Part shown: positions 24,732 through 37,802 of the stretch, in pieces
Position numbering within the stretch: the stretch's first letter is position 1
Layout of the letters: each line of letters starts with the position of its first letter
From: Gracilinanus agilis
Taxonomy: Eukaryota
NCBI RefSeq assembly: GCF_016433145.1
Contig: NC_058131.1
Location: 724,459,938-724,523,937, forward strand
Reading direction: 5' to 3'
Length of the DNA stretch: 64,000 bases
Translations under genes and position numbers: made by a program
Notes under the pieces: generated by a model
What the model was told of the DNA's origin: nothing
What the model saw: the letters and a program-made list of their open reading frames with translations, nothing else
Databases searched by the model: none

Positions 24732-25399
24732 AAGAGAAAAACAAGAACTTAGGTGTGACAAACAAGAGAAGAAAGGGTGATTTGGGAAAACAAGGAGCAG
24801 CTACAACAGAGAAGAGAGAATTGGGAATGGGTGATTAGAAATAAAGAGGAGGGAGATGAAGAAGCAAGGCAATGACCCATGGCCCAGATTTGTTCCTAGA
24901 ATTTCCTCATTTGACAGTGACAACAACAATGAGAGCCAGGGAAGACTAGCAGGGACAAATTTGGAAGATGGAAAGATGTGCTCAGGCAGTGACCACTGAA
25001 GGGAATGTTTGCAATTTCTGCTAAACTTTTTGATCCCCCATCATATGTGATTTACATTAGACCTGGAAGAAAAATTTGGTATACAAAATCAGGAAGACCT
25101 GGATTCAAATCCTCCCTCAGATTCCTATTAGTTCTGTGGCTCATGGCAAGTCATATAACTTATCTCGCTCTGCCTCAGTTTCTTCATCTATAAAGTGACT
25201 GACGTTGGACATGAGCAACTCTACGGATGCTTTTGAGATCTAGATCTAGAGGACTGGGAGAAGGAAAGCTGAAATTTATACCTACTGATGTTCTTGGGCT
25301 ATCTGTCTAGGAAATACACTTCAGGAGTGACTAAACTAATGATCTCAAACTTGTTACGTTAAAAACAAACAAACCTTTCATTAGCTTCCTCCCCAACTA

Positions 25400-26400
25400 G
25401 ACCCCCATTCCTAGCTTTTTGTCCTATAGAAACCATCACCACTGACACCCTGGATTGCAGCTTTTGTGACATCCTCTGGTCTCCTCTCTACCTCGCTCCT
25501 CATTTTTAATCAGTGGCCCAAGCTTGTCAGTTCTACCTTGTACTTCTTCCCCATTCATTCTTGGTCCTACATTCATGTGGCTCTCACTTTAGCTCAGGGT
25601 CTCATCACATCTCTACCCCTGAGGCCAGCAGCCTCCTTCCTGCTTTCCTGGACTCCTAGCTCCACTCTCTCCCAGCCATTCTCCACAGAGCCTCTAAATT
25701 GATATCCATGAATGAAGCCCAAATTCCACCGAAGAAGCTGCAGTTGGTCCTTCTTGGCTCTAGGAGAAAATGAAATATCTTTTGTTTGGCATTTAAGGCC
25801 CTTTGTAGCCTGGCTCTAGGCTCCCTCTCCATGCTAAGTGCACATTATCCATTGGTCCATCCAATAATAATGAGCATATTAGATAGAGGGATAAGAGCTG
25901 ATACTGATCTGTTCTATAACCCTTAATCTTGAAATTATCTGGGACTTGAAAGTGTGAGTGAATTGACTTGCCAAGGTCACATGGCCAATGGATGTCAAAT
26001 TCTAACATAGTTCTTCCTGACTCCAAGTCCAGAACTCTGTCTTCTACACTAGCAGCCTCAAATTGGTCCCTTTGCTACTCCCAACAACACAGACAACATT
26101 CCATCTCTGATATCCATGCCTATGAATAAGCCATTCCTGATTCTGAGCCCATTGTTCTATCCTTCTTATCTAACTTTTCTAGATTTGGGGGGGATTCTTT
26201 CAAGGCTCAGCTCAAGCACTTCTTCCTAAGGAAGACCTATTTGGATTCACCAGTCATCCAATGTATTCAATCTTCAAGTCTCCAATGTATTTTGCATTTA
26301 CTCTGCATATATTTTAGTGCCTTATCTTTGTCTATATTATCCCTACCCACAAACCACACTGAGTATAAATTCTTTGAGGGACTGAGTTGCCTCTATCAGC
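25400..26400 (+). mobile_element. L2 LINE 3' fragments with an embedded MIR (~25930-26060)
   Basis: gccaagcttgtcagttctacct-type sequence, ggcatttaaggccc, caaggctcagctcaag, gtataaattctttgagggg-type L2 landmarks. Confidence 0.65.
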
Positions 26401-26937
26401 CTTGGCCTTGGTCAAAGAACTTGTTTCTGATGGTCTTCTATGCCATACCCAGGCTCCCTTGAATACAAAGTTAGGACTCCCGGTGCCTGTCACCTCCTCT
26501 CTGGGCTTACCAAACTCACAGAACTGGCAGAAAGAGACCTCAGGGGCCATCTTGTTCAACCCAAAGTTCTACAAATATCTAGTCTATAACCTTCCTGAAA
26601 CATGCTGCTTCCAGGATGCTTCCATAAGAAGCCAGAGTGTACTCTCCTCAAGGGCAGGGATAGTTCCATTCTTTGCCATTGTTTCTGAAGGACCCAGTAT
26701 AGTGAAACAAAGCAGAGACAGTTCATGTCGATTGATTTCTCCTCATTGCTTTGGTCTGCTCTGTGTGGGATAAAGAAACCTAGAAAATAATAATTAATAA
26801 TAGGAGTCATAGTAGTAACAGTAATAGTGGTGGTGGTGATGGTAATACCATTTTATAGCATCATAAGGTTTGTAAAGCACTTTATAAATATTATCTCATT
26901 ATTCTCCTAAAAACCTTGGGCATCAGTGCTTTTATTG

Positions 26938-27075
26938 GGTAGCTTGGTGGTACAGTGGATAGAACAATGGGCTTAGAATCAAGAAGATGAATCTCCCTGA
27001 GTTCCTCTGACCTCAGGCATTTAATGGCTTTGTAACCCTGAGCAAGTCACTTAAAACTGCCTCAGTTTCCTTTTT

Positions 27076-27134
<59 letters not shown>

Positions 27135-27421
27135 AAGTTTAAGAAGGAAATGACAANNNNNNNNNNNNNNNNNNNNNNNNNNNNNNNNNNNNNNNNNNNN
27201 NNNNNNNNNNNNNNNNNNNNNNNNNNNNNNNNNNNNNNNNNNNNNNNNNNNNNNNNNNNNNNNNNNNNNNNNNNNNNNNNNNNNNNNNNNNNNNNNNNNN
27301 NNNNNNNNNNNNNNNNNNNNNNNNNNNNNNNNNNNNNNNNNNNNNNNNNNNNNNNNNNNNNNNNNNNNNNNNNNNNNNNNNNNNNNNNNNNNNNNNNNNN
27401 NNNNNNNNNNNNNNNNNNTTT

Positions 27422-27477
<56 letters not shown>

Positions 27478-27575
27478 AAGTTTAAGAAGGAAATGACAAA
27501 ACATCCTAGCATCTTTGCCAAAAAAACCCCCCACAAAACCCAAATGGCGTTATGAAGAGTCAAACACAATGAAAT
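26938..27575 (+). mobile_element. MAR1 SINE containing a (TA)n expansion and an assembly gap
   Basis: Head gggtagcttggtggtacagtggatagaac, CORE, then tail gaaggaaatgacaaaacatcctagcatctttgccaa. Confidence 0.75.
27157..27418. other. Assembly gap with duplicated flanks
   Basis: (TA)n-aaacaagtttaagaaggaaatgacaa occurs on both sides of the gap. Confidence 0.95.
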
Positions 27576-27749
27576 CAATTAACTCCCCATTTTGTTGTTC
27601 AGTTGTGTCTATGTGACCGCATGGATTTTTGTCTTCCTGACTTCAGGTGTACTGCTCTATCCATGATGCCACCTAGCTGCCCATATATCATTGATGTTGT
27701 TCAGTTGTTTCAGTTGTGTCTGACTCTTTGTGACCATTTTTGAGCTTTT

Positions 27750-28628
27750 CTTTTTTTTTTTATCAATTAATTAATTAAGAATATTTTTCCATTGTTACAT
27801 TATTCATGTTTTTTCCCTCCCCTTCTCCCTCCCCCCTCCTGTAGCCAATGCACAATTCCACTGGGTTTTACATGTGTCATTGATCAAGACCTATTTCCAT
27901 ATTATTAATGTTTGCAATAGAGTGATCCTTTAGAGTCTACATCCCCCATCATATCCCATGGACCCATGTGATCAAGTATTTGTTTTTCTTCTGTGTTTCC
28001 ACTCCCACAGTTCTTTCTCTGGATGTGGATAGTGTTCTTTCTCATAAGTCCCTCAGAATCATCCTAGATCAGTGATGGGCAAACTAGGGCCCAAGTGCCA
28101 GATGCAGCCCTCTGAGATATTCTATCCCACCCTTTGGCATTATTCCTAATCTGAAGAAATACAATGAGTAGCATACAATACAATGAAACTTCGAAGGAAT
28201 TGCCTTAGAAACAGACCTACAGATGAGCATTTCCTTTCCTTTGGCCCCCTCTTTAAAAAGTTGCCCCTCACTGTCCTAAATCATTGCACTGCTGCTAGCA
28301 GAGAAGTCCATTACATTTGATTGTGTCACAGTGTATCAGTCTCTGTGTACAGTGTTCTTCTGGTTCTGCTCTTTTTTCGCTGCATCAATTCCTACAGGTT
28401 GTTCCAGTTCACATGGAATTCCTCCATTTCTTTATTCCTTTAAGCACAATAATATTCCATCACCAACAGATACCAGAATTTGTTTAGCCATTCCCCAATA
28501 GATGGGCATCCTCTCATTTTCCAATTTTTTGTCACTACAAAGAATGTGTCTATAAATATTTTTGTACTAGTATTTTTCCCTATGATCTCTTTGGGGTACA
28601 AAGGTATGGCTTGGGCATAGTTCTGAAT
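27750..28628 (-). mobile_element. 5'-truncated marsupial L1 with TSD, itself interrupted by a MITE
   Basis: ORF 28440-28673 gives KIFIDTFFVVTKNWKMRGCPSIGEWLNKFWYLLVMEYYCA; 15-bp TSD catttttg(a/g)gctttt at 27735-27749 and 28629-28643. Confidence 0.92.
28070..28273 (+). mobile_element. Complete hAT-Charlie MITE (204 bp)
   Basis: TIRs cagtgatgggcaaact and aagttgcccctcactg; 8-bp TSD tcctagat/tcctaaat at 28062-28069 and 28274-28281. Confidence 0.93.
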
Positions 28629-29864
28629 CATTTTTGGGCTTTTATTGACAAACTTAGCAGAGGAATTTGCCATTTCTCCAGCTCATTTTACAGATCAGCC
28701 AACTAAGGCCAACAGGGTTAAGGAACTTGCTCAGGATTACATAGTTAGTAGAGTCTGAGGCTAGATTTGAACTTAGGAAGATGTTTTCATGACTAGGGCT
28801 CTATCTACTGGGCTACCTAGTTGCCCCATGTCCATTTTATAGATGAAACTGAAGCAGACAGAGGAAAAGTGAATTATCTGTGTTCACCCAGAAAGTAACT
28901 GAAGCAGAATTCAAACTCATCTCTTCCTGACTTTAGGTTCAGTGTTCTATCCCACTGTACCACCTAACCACATGCCCTTATTTTACAGATAAGGAAAATG
29001 ATGCTGAAAGTGGGGAAATGATTCCCTCAAGCTCTTGCAGGTTTTAATAGTAATAGTAATGACAACAATAACAACCCACATTTATATAATCTTTAAAGTT
29101 TTCCAGGAACTACCTATATTCTCTTCTGAGACAATAACATCAAGGCAAGTGCTATTATGAACCTCATTTGATAGCTTTGGAGCAGGAAACCAAAGTAGCT
29201 CGCCCACTCTGGATTCCAGACCCAGTGATCTACACACAAAACCAGTAGAGATCAACCCCTAAAGAAGCCTGTCTGTCACCAATCTCTGTCTGGTTCTTTG
29301 ATGAGTCCCCTCCTTCTAAACTTCTTTGAGTAGAAGTTGTTTATTTGCCTTTAAAGTGGCAATTACAATAGCTAGAATACCTTTTCCCCCAGGGTTGCTC
29401 TGAAGTTTCAAAGAGATCCTGTCTGTTAGGTGTTCTGCAAACCCTCAAAGACTGTGCAAATATCGTGATGATTATTGTCATTTCAGTGTGTATTCCCATC
29501 CTGGTAGATATTCCACTAAGCTCTGATTTCATTGGAAAGGCTCCAAGAGAAGGCATCAGGAAGGACCGCATCTGGGAGATGGGGCATTCGGGTCCCTAAA
29601 TGCTCCTATATAACATTGAGTCCCAATTCACTATTTTGAAATGAGTTGAGGAGGTGCTTATTCAGTAGCTAAGCTTGTCCCAAGGCCAGGCTGATTGGTC
29701 AATGAGCCATTCTGGCCACCTCCTCTCTCATCTGATTGCAGCAGAGAGAAAATAGAGCCAGAGAGACATTTTAGGAATATATTGTACAAATTAAGATAAA
29801 ACATCATTCTGGCTGCTGTTTCCAAAATGTGTTGCCTGGTGCCCAGAGAAGGAGTATTATAGGT

Positions 29865-30020
29865 TGAGAGACAGAGAGAAAGAGAGAGAGACAAAGAGAC
29901 AAAGAGACAAAGAGAAAGAAAGACAGGGACAGACAGACTGATAGGCACAGATAGAGACAGTCAGAGAGAGATAGAGGGTGGGAAAGGGAGAGAGATGGAG
30001 ACAAAGAAAGACAAAGACCT
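29865..30020 (+). repeat. (GA)n/(GACA)n purine-rich simple repeat
   Basis: Direct. Confidence 0.9.
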
Positions 30021-32929
30021 AAAGAGAACCAGCTAATGAGTTCAATTCTTATCTTCAGTGCTGGATGCTGGGTTTGTGGAGGGGTGAACTTGGGTGGGTG
30101 GAGGTGATGCTCTTTCAGACACTCACAGAGGAAAGGAAAAGAAGATGAGATCTCTGAGAGAAGCGAGGGATTTTGGTGAATCCTGAGTGTTTGGCTTCCC
30201 TCCAACCTACTGTTTATGTTCCTGCAGAGGTAGAACTGTTAGTCAGTAAACAACTAGCCCTGGGCTTGGGAAGCTACTTCCCCTCTGTCTCCATCACCTG
30301 TCTCTGTCCATGGCCTATCTCAGTGACCCTCTCCAGAGCCTAGCCTGATGCAAACTTGACCAGGGAGTTTCCCTGGCCTCTCTGTTCTCAGAGCTCTGTG
30401 CCATCTCCCTTGCAAGGCATGGTGAAGGACAGTCTTCAAAGATAGCAAGGAGAAAAAGCAAACGGCCCTTTCAAAAGAAGAGTCATCATTCCTTCTTTTA
30501 GAAAAGAGGGGGAATAAAAAGATTCTTATTGATCCTGAGGGACTTGGAGCTTATAAAAAGCCGAGCTGAACTTTTCCCAGGGCTCATTAGTGACTGGGGG
30601 GTGCCCAGATCCCACAGACAACAGTAGGAGACGTACAACCGGCTTGTGAGGGATTATGGGCTTCTCTTCTTTATCCTTGAATTGCAAAATAGAAGACACT
30701 TTCCTACACACTACTTGCTATTCCTCCTCCCCCACCCTCTTCCAGCGTGTCCAATGAACACACACCCTTTGGTTTCCAAAGACTATAGGCCGGAGTAAGC
30801 TAGCTTCACATTGGGTTCACAGCTGGAAAACTGGGGGGACCAACCCCCTGTGTTGTTCTTTCCCTTTGCAATCTCCCATGGCCCTGAGACTGATAAGAGC
30901 TCCATGTGCTGAGCTCTTGGTCTGGCACCCTCATGTGGAAGAAAATAGTGGTCCTGCAGCCTTATTCCTTGAGTCAGTCATGCATACTCCCAGCAAGAAG
31001 CAGCCCTCTTCTGCTCTCCAGATGTTCTCTCTTCATCAGCTTGTTCTCTTACTTTGCCAATCAATTCCCCTGCCTCCTCCCCCGTTTCCTCAATGGTCCA
31101 TAATGCCACACCTCATCAACCTAGGGTAGGCTCCTTATGATAAACAAAGAGACTAGGATAATTGAAGTCCTTTCCAAAGAAGGCCTTAATATATGTGGCA
31201 GCTCTTTGTCAATCCAACTCGATCTGACAAGCGTTTATTAACCAGTGACCCCATGCCAGACACTGTCCTAGGTGCTGGAGATATAAAGACAAAATCAAAA
31301 CAGTCCCTGACCAAGAGGGCTTGCTCAGAAATTTTGCCCTGAGCCAAGTGGATCAGAGCAAGGGCACGGAATTGCTGAGAAAACCAATAGAATCAGAGAT
31401 TCGGGACTGGAGTAGCCTTCAAAGCCATCCAGCCTGACCAACCCCTTTTATACAGATGGCAACTGTGGCTCAGAGAAAGCAGAGAATCATAGAAGTAGAG
31501 CTTCTCCGTACCAGGGCTGTGCAGAGGATCAAACAGCTAACATAGGTAAAGCACTTAGCACAATGCCTGAGGGCACAGAGGGGGCACAGATGTCACTACA
31601 GAAATACTCCTCCCTTTCTTGAAGGGCTGTGAGATACCTTCCAGTCCTACCTCCTCATTTTCAGTGTGTTGGGGGATCTTAGGGCTTTATGGAAATTTCC
31701 TATTTATTTATCTTAGTGCATGTGTTTCCTTCAATAGAAATTAAGCTCCCTGAGGGCAGGAACAATTTCAATTTGACTTGGTATCTCCAGTGATTGCATT
31801 TCTCTGCCTGGATCTATCCTTTCAGTGATGTAGGGACTCTAAATGAAGCCTCTCCACCAAGGACTCTGCTATTTTTAGCCTTAAAGATTTGACTGGAGCC
31901 CCAAGAAGTTGAGAGATTATTTAAAATAAAACAGTGGGAAGGGGTCTGAAGTCATCAACTCTTACCTTCCTATCTCTGAGACTGATTCTCTCTATCTCCT
32001 GTCACAATGCCTCTTGCCTGCCCAAAGTAGACATTTAATGATGAATGAATGAATGAATGAATGAATGAACTTACCCAAGTGTATGTAATATGTAAATGAC
32101 AGTGTTATAATTTGTTTTCAAATCTAGCTTCTTTTCAAACTTATTAAAAATAGTCACTTGGAAATGCCCCACTTTAAAATCAACACACATTAATCAATCC
32201 CAGTTTCAAAACTCAGATCCATTTTACCAAAAGGTTAATATGACCTATGTGTGTCCCCTTGAGTACTCTCAAGTATGTCCTGTTGGGAATTTCTCCTCCA
32301 TTCATCATTAAAAATGGTTCTAGTTCATTGCCAACCTCTCATTGTGGAAGGTCACATACTTAGGGACCTTTCTTCAAGGCCCTAGGGTCAGCTGAGCAGA
32401 TCCTTTTCCCTGTCAGGAAGTGGCACCCCAGAGCTCTGCAACTTACTGGGGACATGGAGACCTGCCATGGTGGCCTCGAATGACCTAAGACTCATAGTTT
32501 AGTGGCGGCATCAGAAGCAAGATTCACCCCATTTTGTTGAGAGCCAGTGAAAAGGGAGGCCATAGACTATGAGGGTTTCATGGTTAGACCTCTACCTGAG
32601 ATTGTTGGGCATATGGCAGTCTTCCCATCTGGTGCTGGGAACCAGGCAGAGCACAAACCAGAAAGAAAAGAGCATTTTTCTTTAAGCTGAACATTGGTCT
32701 CTAGTCAACAGAGAAGCAAAATGATATAGGCTTTGCCCTCATGGAGCTTCCAGTCTAATGAGTTACAGGGGTGCTAGGGACACATATTTCAGGGTCTAAA
32801 TCACTGAGAGACAAGACTGGATGGAGGAAGAACAAAGGAAGGCCACAGATGGAACATTGCTAAAGATTGGAGGAAGAAGTAATCATCTTTACATAGCAGC
32901 AGGTGTGTATGTCTTGGAGGGGGTCAGTC

Positions 32930-34110
32930 CACTGGTGAAAATCCATTTAATTAAGTGCCTACTATGTGCTAGATGCTGGGAAATGAAGAAAGTAAAAAAG
33001 ATAGCCCGTGGTCTCAAGGAGGTCACGCTCTGATGGGGAAGCCAACCTTCAGATGACTAGGTATAAACAGCCTCCAGACAGGAAGAACTGGAGATAATCT
33101 GTAGAGGCAAGGCATTTGAATGAAGAGGAAGGTCAGAAAAGGCTTCCTGTTGAATGATGAATTTTACCTGAAACTAGAAGGAAGTCTGTAGACAGAGATG
33201 GGAAGGGAAAGAAGCTATGGAGGACAGTCACAGAAAATGACCAGAGCTGAGAGATGAGATGAAGTGAAAAATAGCAAGGAAATCAGTGACACTGGGAGGA
33301 GGGTATGAAGGGCTTTGGATGCCCCAAAGAGGATTTTTAAATTTATCCTTAAAGTGACTCTGGAGTTTATTGAATGAGTGGAATGACATGATCAGAGTTG
33401 GCTTTAGGAAGGGAGGAAGAGAGATCAACAATCAAACTGTTTTAATACTCTAGTTGTGAGCTGATGAAGGCCCATATGAAGATGGTAGCAATGCCAGAAG
33501 AGAGAAGGGAGTATATCTAAAGACTTGGTAACAGAATGGATCTGGGCAGAAGTGAGAAAGAATGAGGAGTGACTGGGATAATGTTGGCGCCCTTAAGAGT
33601 AATAGGGAAGTTAGTAAGAGGAGAAGATTTTGGTGGGGAAAGATAATGAACTCAGTCTTGGAGATGTTGAATTTAGGGTGTCTGTGGGATTTCTCCTTGG
33701 AGATTTCTGATAGATCAGCAGCAGATAGTTAGGGGCTGGATGAGTTAAATTGGGAATCATCAGTGTAGAGATGATAACTGAAGCAATGGGAGCTGATGAC
33801 ATCATCGAGCGACATAATTTAGAGGAAGAAAAGAAGGCAGTCCAGAAGACAGTTCTAGGGGATGGATACTCATGTTAGCTTATATGAACTGGATATAGAT
33901 CAAGTAAAGGAAGCAGAGAAGGTAGGAAGAGAACCAATAAACCACTTATCAAGTGCCTACCTACTATGTGCTTCCTTCTGAAAAATAGTAAGAGAAGAGA
34001 ATGATAGTGTCAAAGCCCTCAGAGAGGTCAAGAGGATGAGGTTTGAGAAAAAGCCAATAGATCTGATAATTAAGGGATCCTATTTGACTTGTCCCATGAA
34101 GAAAAGGAAG
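32930..34110 (-). mobile_element. L2 LINE fragment (~1.2 kb)
   Basis: catttaattaagtgcctactatgtgc tail; gaatgacatgatcagag; gggaaagataatgaactcagtcttggagatgttgaattt; ctgaagcaatgggagctgatga. Confidence 0.8.
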
Positions 34111-36499
34111 GATGTAAAGACTTGGAAGTTGAATGGAGGTGGCGGAGTAGGGCTTGGAGGCAAGAAGGATGATTGCTTCAAGGAAAGGTGTGGAGGTGAG
34201 AAAGAGTAGAGATGGGAAGAATACAGGAAGGGAAGAGGGTTAGGAAGGGGTGAGATAATGAAGGGATTTTAACAAATGTCATATTATTTTGTCTTTGTTT
34301 AAGAGTTACCTTCTGTAAAACAGCACACTGGGAAAACATGGCACTGGATGCAATAACCCCTTGATCTCTCTATACTCACATGGTCCACCTTGAAGCACAC
34401 TCAATGGATTCTGAGGACTTGTCTGCTTTTCCAGCTGATCACATGGCTTAAGCTACTTGATCACCTGACACAGGATTTCTGAGCTGAAATGAAATTATAA
34501 ATTGTAAAGCTTAGGCCCTTTTCATATTCTTAAGGAAATGGGTCCAGAAAGGGGAGGGACTTGCCCAAGGTCAAACGGCTAGCTAGAGGTAACACTCATT
34601 CCCTCATTTCTTTGGTTGTTTTTGTCTCTTTTCTTTTCTGCTTTCCATTTCACCCATCTCATTCATTCAGTTTTCTGGCTATCCCCACGCTTAGAACTCT
34701 TCCCTCCTCCACTGTGCCTTTCCTGGCTCTGTTAAGTCCCAACTTAAACCTTTTCTTTTACAGGAAGCCTTCCTCAACCTCTCTTAATTCCAATGCCTTC
34801 CTCTATAGTAATTATTTCTAGTCTTCCTGCATGTAGCTTATTTTATGTATTATGTATTATATATGCAATATGAGACGTATGTACGTATTACATATGTATA
34901 TATAATGTTTGCATGCTGTTTATCCCATTAGCTCCTTGAGGGGAGGGCCTATCTTTTGCCTCTTTATTATCATTAAATTATTATTAAACATCTCTAGCAC
35001 TTAGGACAGTAGCTGTCACATAGTAGGCGCTTAATAAATGTTTGTTGAAGGATTAAATGGTTCAAGTGCTCTACTTGGTGACAATATGATCTGGGTCGGA
35101 ATCCTATCTCTTAAGTTGCTTTTATATGGTAATCTGGACAAGCCAACCTTTCTGAAACTTAGTTTTCTCATCTATAAAATGGACATTATGTGTTATCTCC
35201 AGCTCTCAAGGTTATTACAAAGATCAAATGAGATCACGTATGAAAGTAAGTCCAGTCTTTGTCCATGTATTGTCTGAGTTCTCGGAGATGCTGCCCAGAG
35301 AAGACAGATTTGGGGTTCATTGTCATTCACCCTCTCGTTTTATTTCGATATAGTTCAGATAAATAGTCAGTCACGTTGCTAGCTTACTCTTATCCCTTTA
35401 TGTTTACAGTTTCATAATTCTGCCTTATGGCAATGGTTATGATCGTCATTTCTAACCAAATCTGGGAAAGAAGTCTGGGAAGAGGAGTGAGGATTCACTT
35501 ACAGCTTTCTATGGTTTTTAAAAATGTGTTTGTTTGTTTTATTGCCAGTGCCTCGCCAATAGCAGGTCAATGTCTGCTGAACTGAGTTCTTCTAGAAGTA
35601 CACAGGAAGCCAGGCCAGTGTATTGATACCCAAGCACCCATCTCATTTCAGCAGAAACCTTATGATTTCAGATAACTCATTGGTGTCGAGTACTTAGCAG
35701 TGTTGGCCTTAAAAAATTACTAATAGCCATTCTGAGCCTCATTTTCCTCATCTGTAAACTGGGGATGTGGTAGTCTAGGTGACTTCTAAGGTCCCTTCTG
35801 TATCTAAAATTATGATCCTATGACTTTTCCCAGATGAGTCAAAATCAAATCAATTAAAGGGAGACGGGCAGTATTTTCTGTGTATAGACTCTCTGTGATA
35901 TTACTGGGGGGGGGTGAGGGGGAGAGAAGTGTAGATACGGCACATTCTTTGGCCATCATGGATTTGGCGAGTGGCAGATCTCGGGTTGGAAGTGACACCT
36001 TTTGTCTCCCGAGGTGGCATTCTTTCTTTGACACTACAGAATTGTTTTAAAAAACATCCAAAGTTAAAGCGAGTCAGAAAGACACATCCTCTCTACAACA
36101 TGGTAGTTTAACCAGTTTAGGAGTATGGAGGAGGGAGGGAGCAATATGATTTTCCTGGACCTCTTTTCTATGTGATATTATTTGGCTTATGATCTAGCAG
36201 TAACCTTACTTATATGAGATCTTTCCTTCTTATCTGACAGAGAGATTGCTACCACAGAAATATCCACGTTATTGCAAAGGGTTAAGGCGCCCTTAGTTCT
36301 GGATGTAATCTAGGAAAAGTAGTCTGAGCCCCCCGCTACACTGAAGCCCAAGATCAAGCCAGCTTCTTACTGTGATTCTTCATTCTTTTTTTGTATTTTT
36401 ACAGACTTAGTGAGAGTGTGGGAGGCCCCTTTATCCTCCCTTCTGCCCCTCAATGATTCTTTCCCACTCCAGTTTTGATCCCATTTGATGGAGCCAGAA

Positions 36500-37200
36500 G
36501 AGAAGAGAGAAATTGGCAATTCCCTGGATGGAGTGATGGGAAATTTGGAGGCGATTGGATGATTTATGGGGGCATCAATGTGTGCACCATTACTGTTAGG
36601 GCTACATCAGTACCTCCATTGAAAACCCTTATTTTCATATAACAGAGCCATAAAAAAATTACTCCAGATTGAAACTTGGCATGTTGGCTCAGAGTAGGAC
36701 CATTTTAAAAAATTCAATAAAATAATAAATGTACTCTCTGCCCCAGACCGCTTTAGCTGTTCTTATGAAGAAAGAATGGAGAAGACTCGTCGAGCACATT
36801 CATTTTCTTCTTTTCTAATGCTTAATCTGAGTTGTCCAATTAAGTCTATTTTGATTTGGCTTACAAGCCAGGGTAATGTCCTAATAAATGAGGGGTCATG
36901 TGGAAGTGTTTGTCTTTTTTCTTGATTTTCCGAAAAGGCTTGCATATAATAAAGCTTGTTTATGGCTGAGAAATCAAATGCAATTTGAGTTTTAAAAGTT
37001 GGCTGTTGTAACTCCTCTTCAACTCCATTCATAATGAAATATGTAACACATTCCATAGATCTTAATACATGGAGCACATCATAATGGTATGACGGAACTG
37101 CTTGTTCCAAGCCCTTCTCAGCTGCGAAGATCAATGAGATGGAGGCATACTAATGCAGAATGCATATGTTCAAACTACCTTTAAAGCCATATTTATCCAA
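36500..37200 (+). mobile_element. Very old LINE reverse-transcriptase fossil (CR1/L2-like clade)
   Basis: Degenerate motifs in the expected order and roughly the expected spacing: PDG-like (~36525), PIFKK-like (ccattttaaaaaa ~36700), FLDFPK (~36918), FKSWL (~36991), KINE (~37127). Frameshifted throughout. Confidence 0.4.
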
Positions 37201-37479
37201 CTGTCGGCACTGATGTGGAGGATGGATTCCCATCTATTAGTTACACTGTACCCTAAAAAATGCCATTGCAGTCTCTGAGCTACAATGATGTCTTCCCCAA
37301 ATCCACTTTACCACTCACTTCTTCTTGCTGGAGCCTGAATGGGTGCAGTTTTGTGTCTTTGTTTATTTCTGTTAGACTCACAGAACAGGAATCCGGGAGT
37401 CCAAACCCCAATATTAACTTCAACCACTTTCTTATCTGACCTGCTATTGAACCATTCTGCTGGATGGAGACTGTCCTCG

Positions 37480-37655
37480 TTCTCCCTTTCCCTCTGTTCT
37501 TCTCTCCCTTCCTTTCCCCTTTTATTTCCTTTGTTTCCACCTCTTCTTCTTCCTTCTTCCTCCTCCTCCTTTCCCTCATTCCCTCCTCTTCTTGCTTTTT
37601 CTTCTTTTTCTTCCTTCCTCCTTTTCCTTCATCTTTTCCTTTCTCCTCCAGGTCT
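37480..37655 (+). repeat. CT-rich low-complexity tract
   Basis: Direct. Confidence 0.85.
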
Positions 37656-37774
37656 TCTTGATGTCCTCTGAGTTCTGAGTTCCTGACCTTTCTCAGCCAC
37701 CTAGTTTTTGAAAAGATAAGGTTGTGGAACCCCTTTATCTGGGCAACTTTGCCATTTCGCTTGGTGGGTAGAGA

Positions 37775-37802
37775 TGTGTGTGTGTGTGTGTGTGTGTGTG
37801 TG
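37775..37802 (+). repeat. (TG)n microsatellite
   Basis: Direct. Confidence 0.95.

Larger units (their letters stand above)
27690..28830 (-). mobile_element. MAR1 SINE split by an L1 insertion
   Basis: Left piece gttgttcagttgtttcagttgtgtctgactctttgtgacc continues after 28643 with ...ctccagctcattttacagat...gggttaaggaacttgctcagg...gatttgaacttaggaagatg. Confidence 0.8.
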
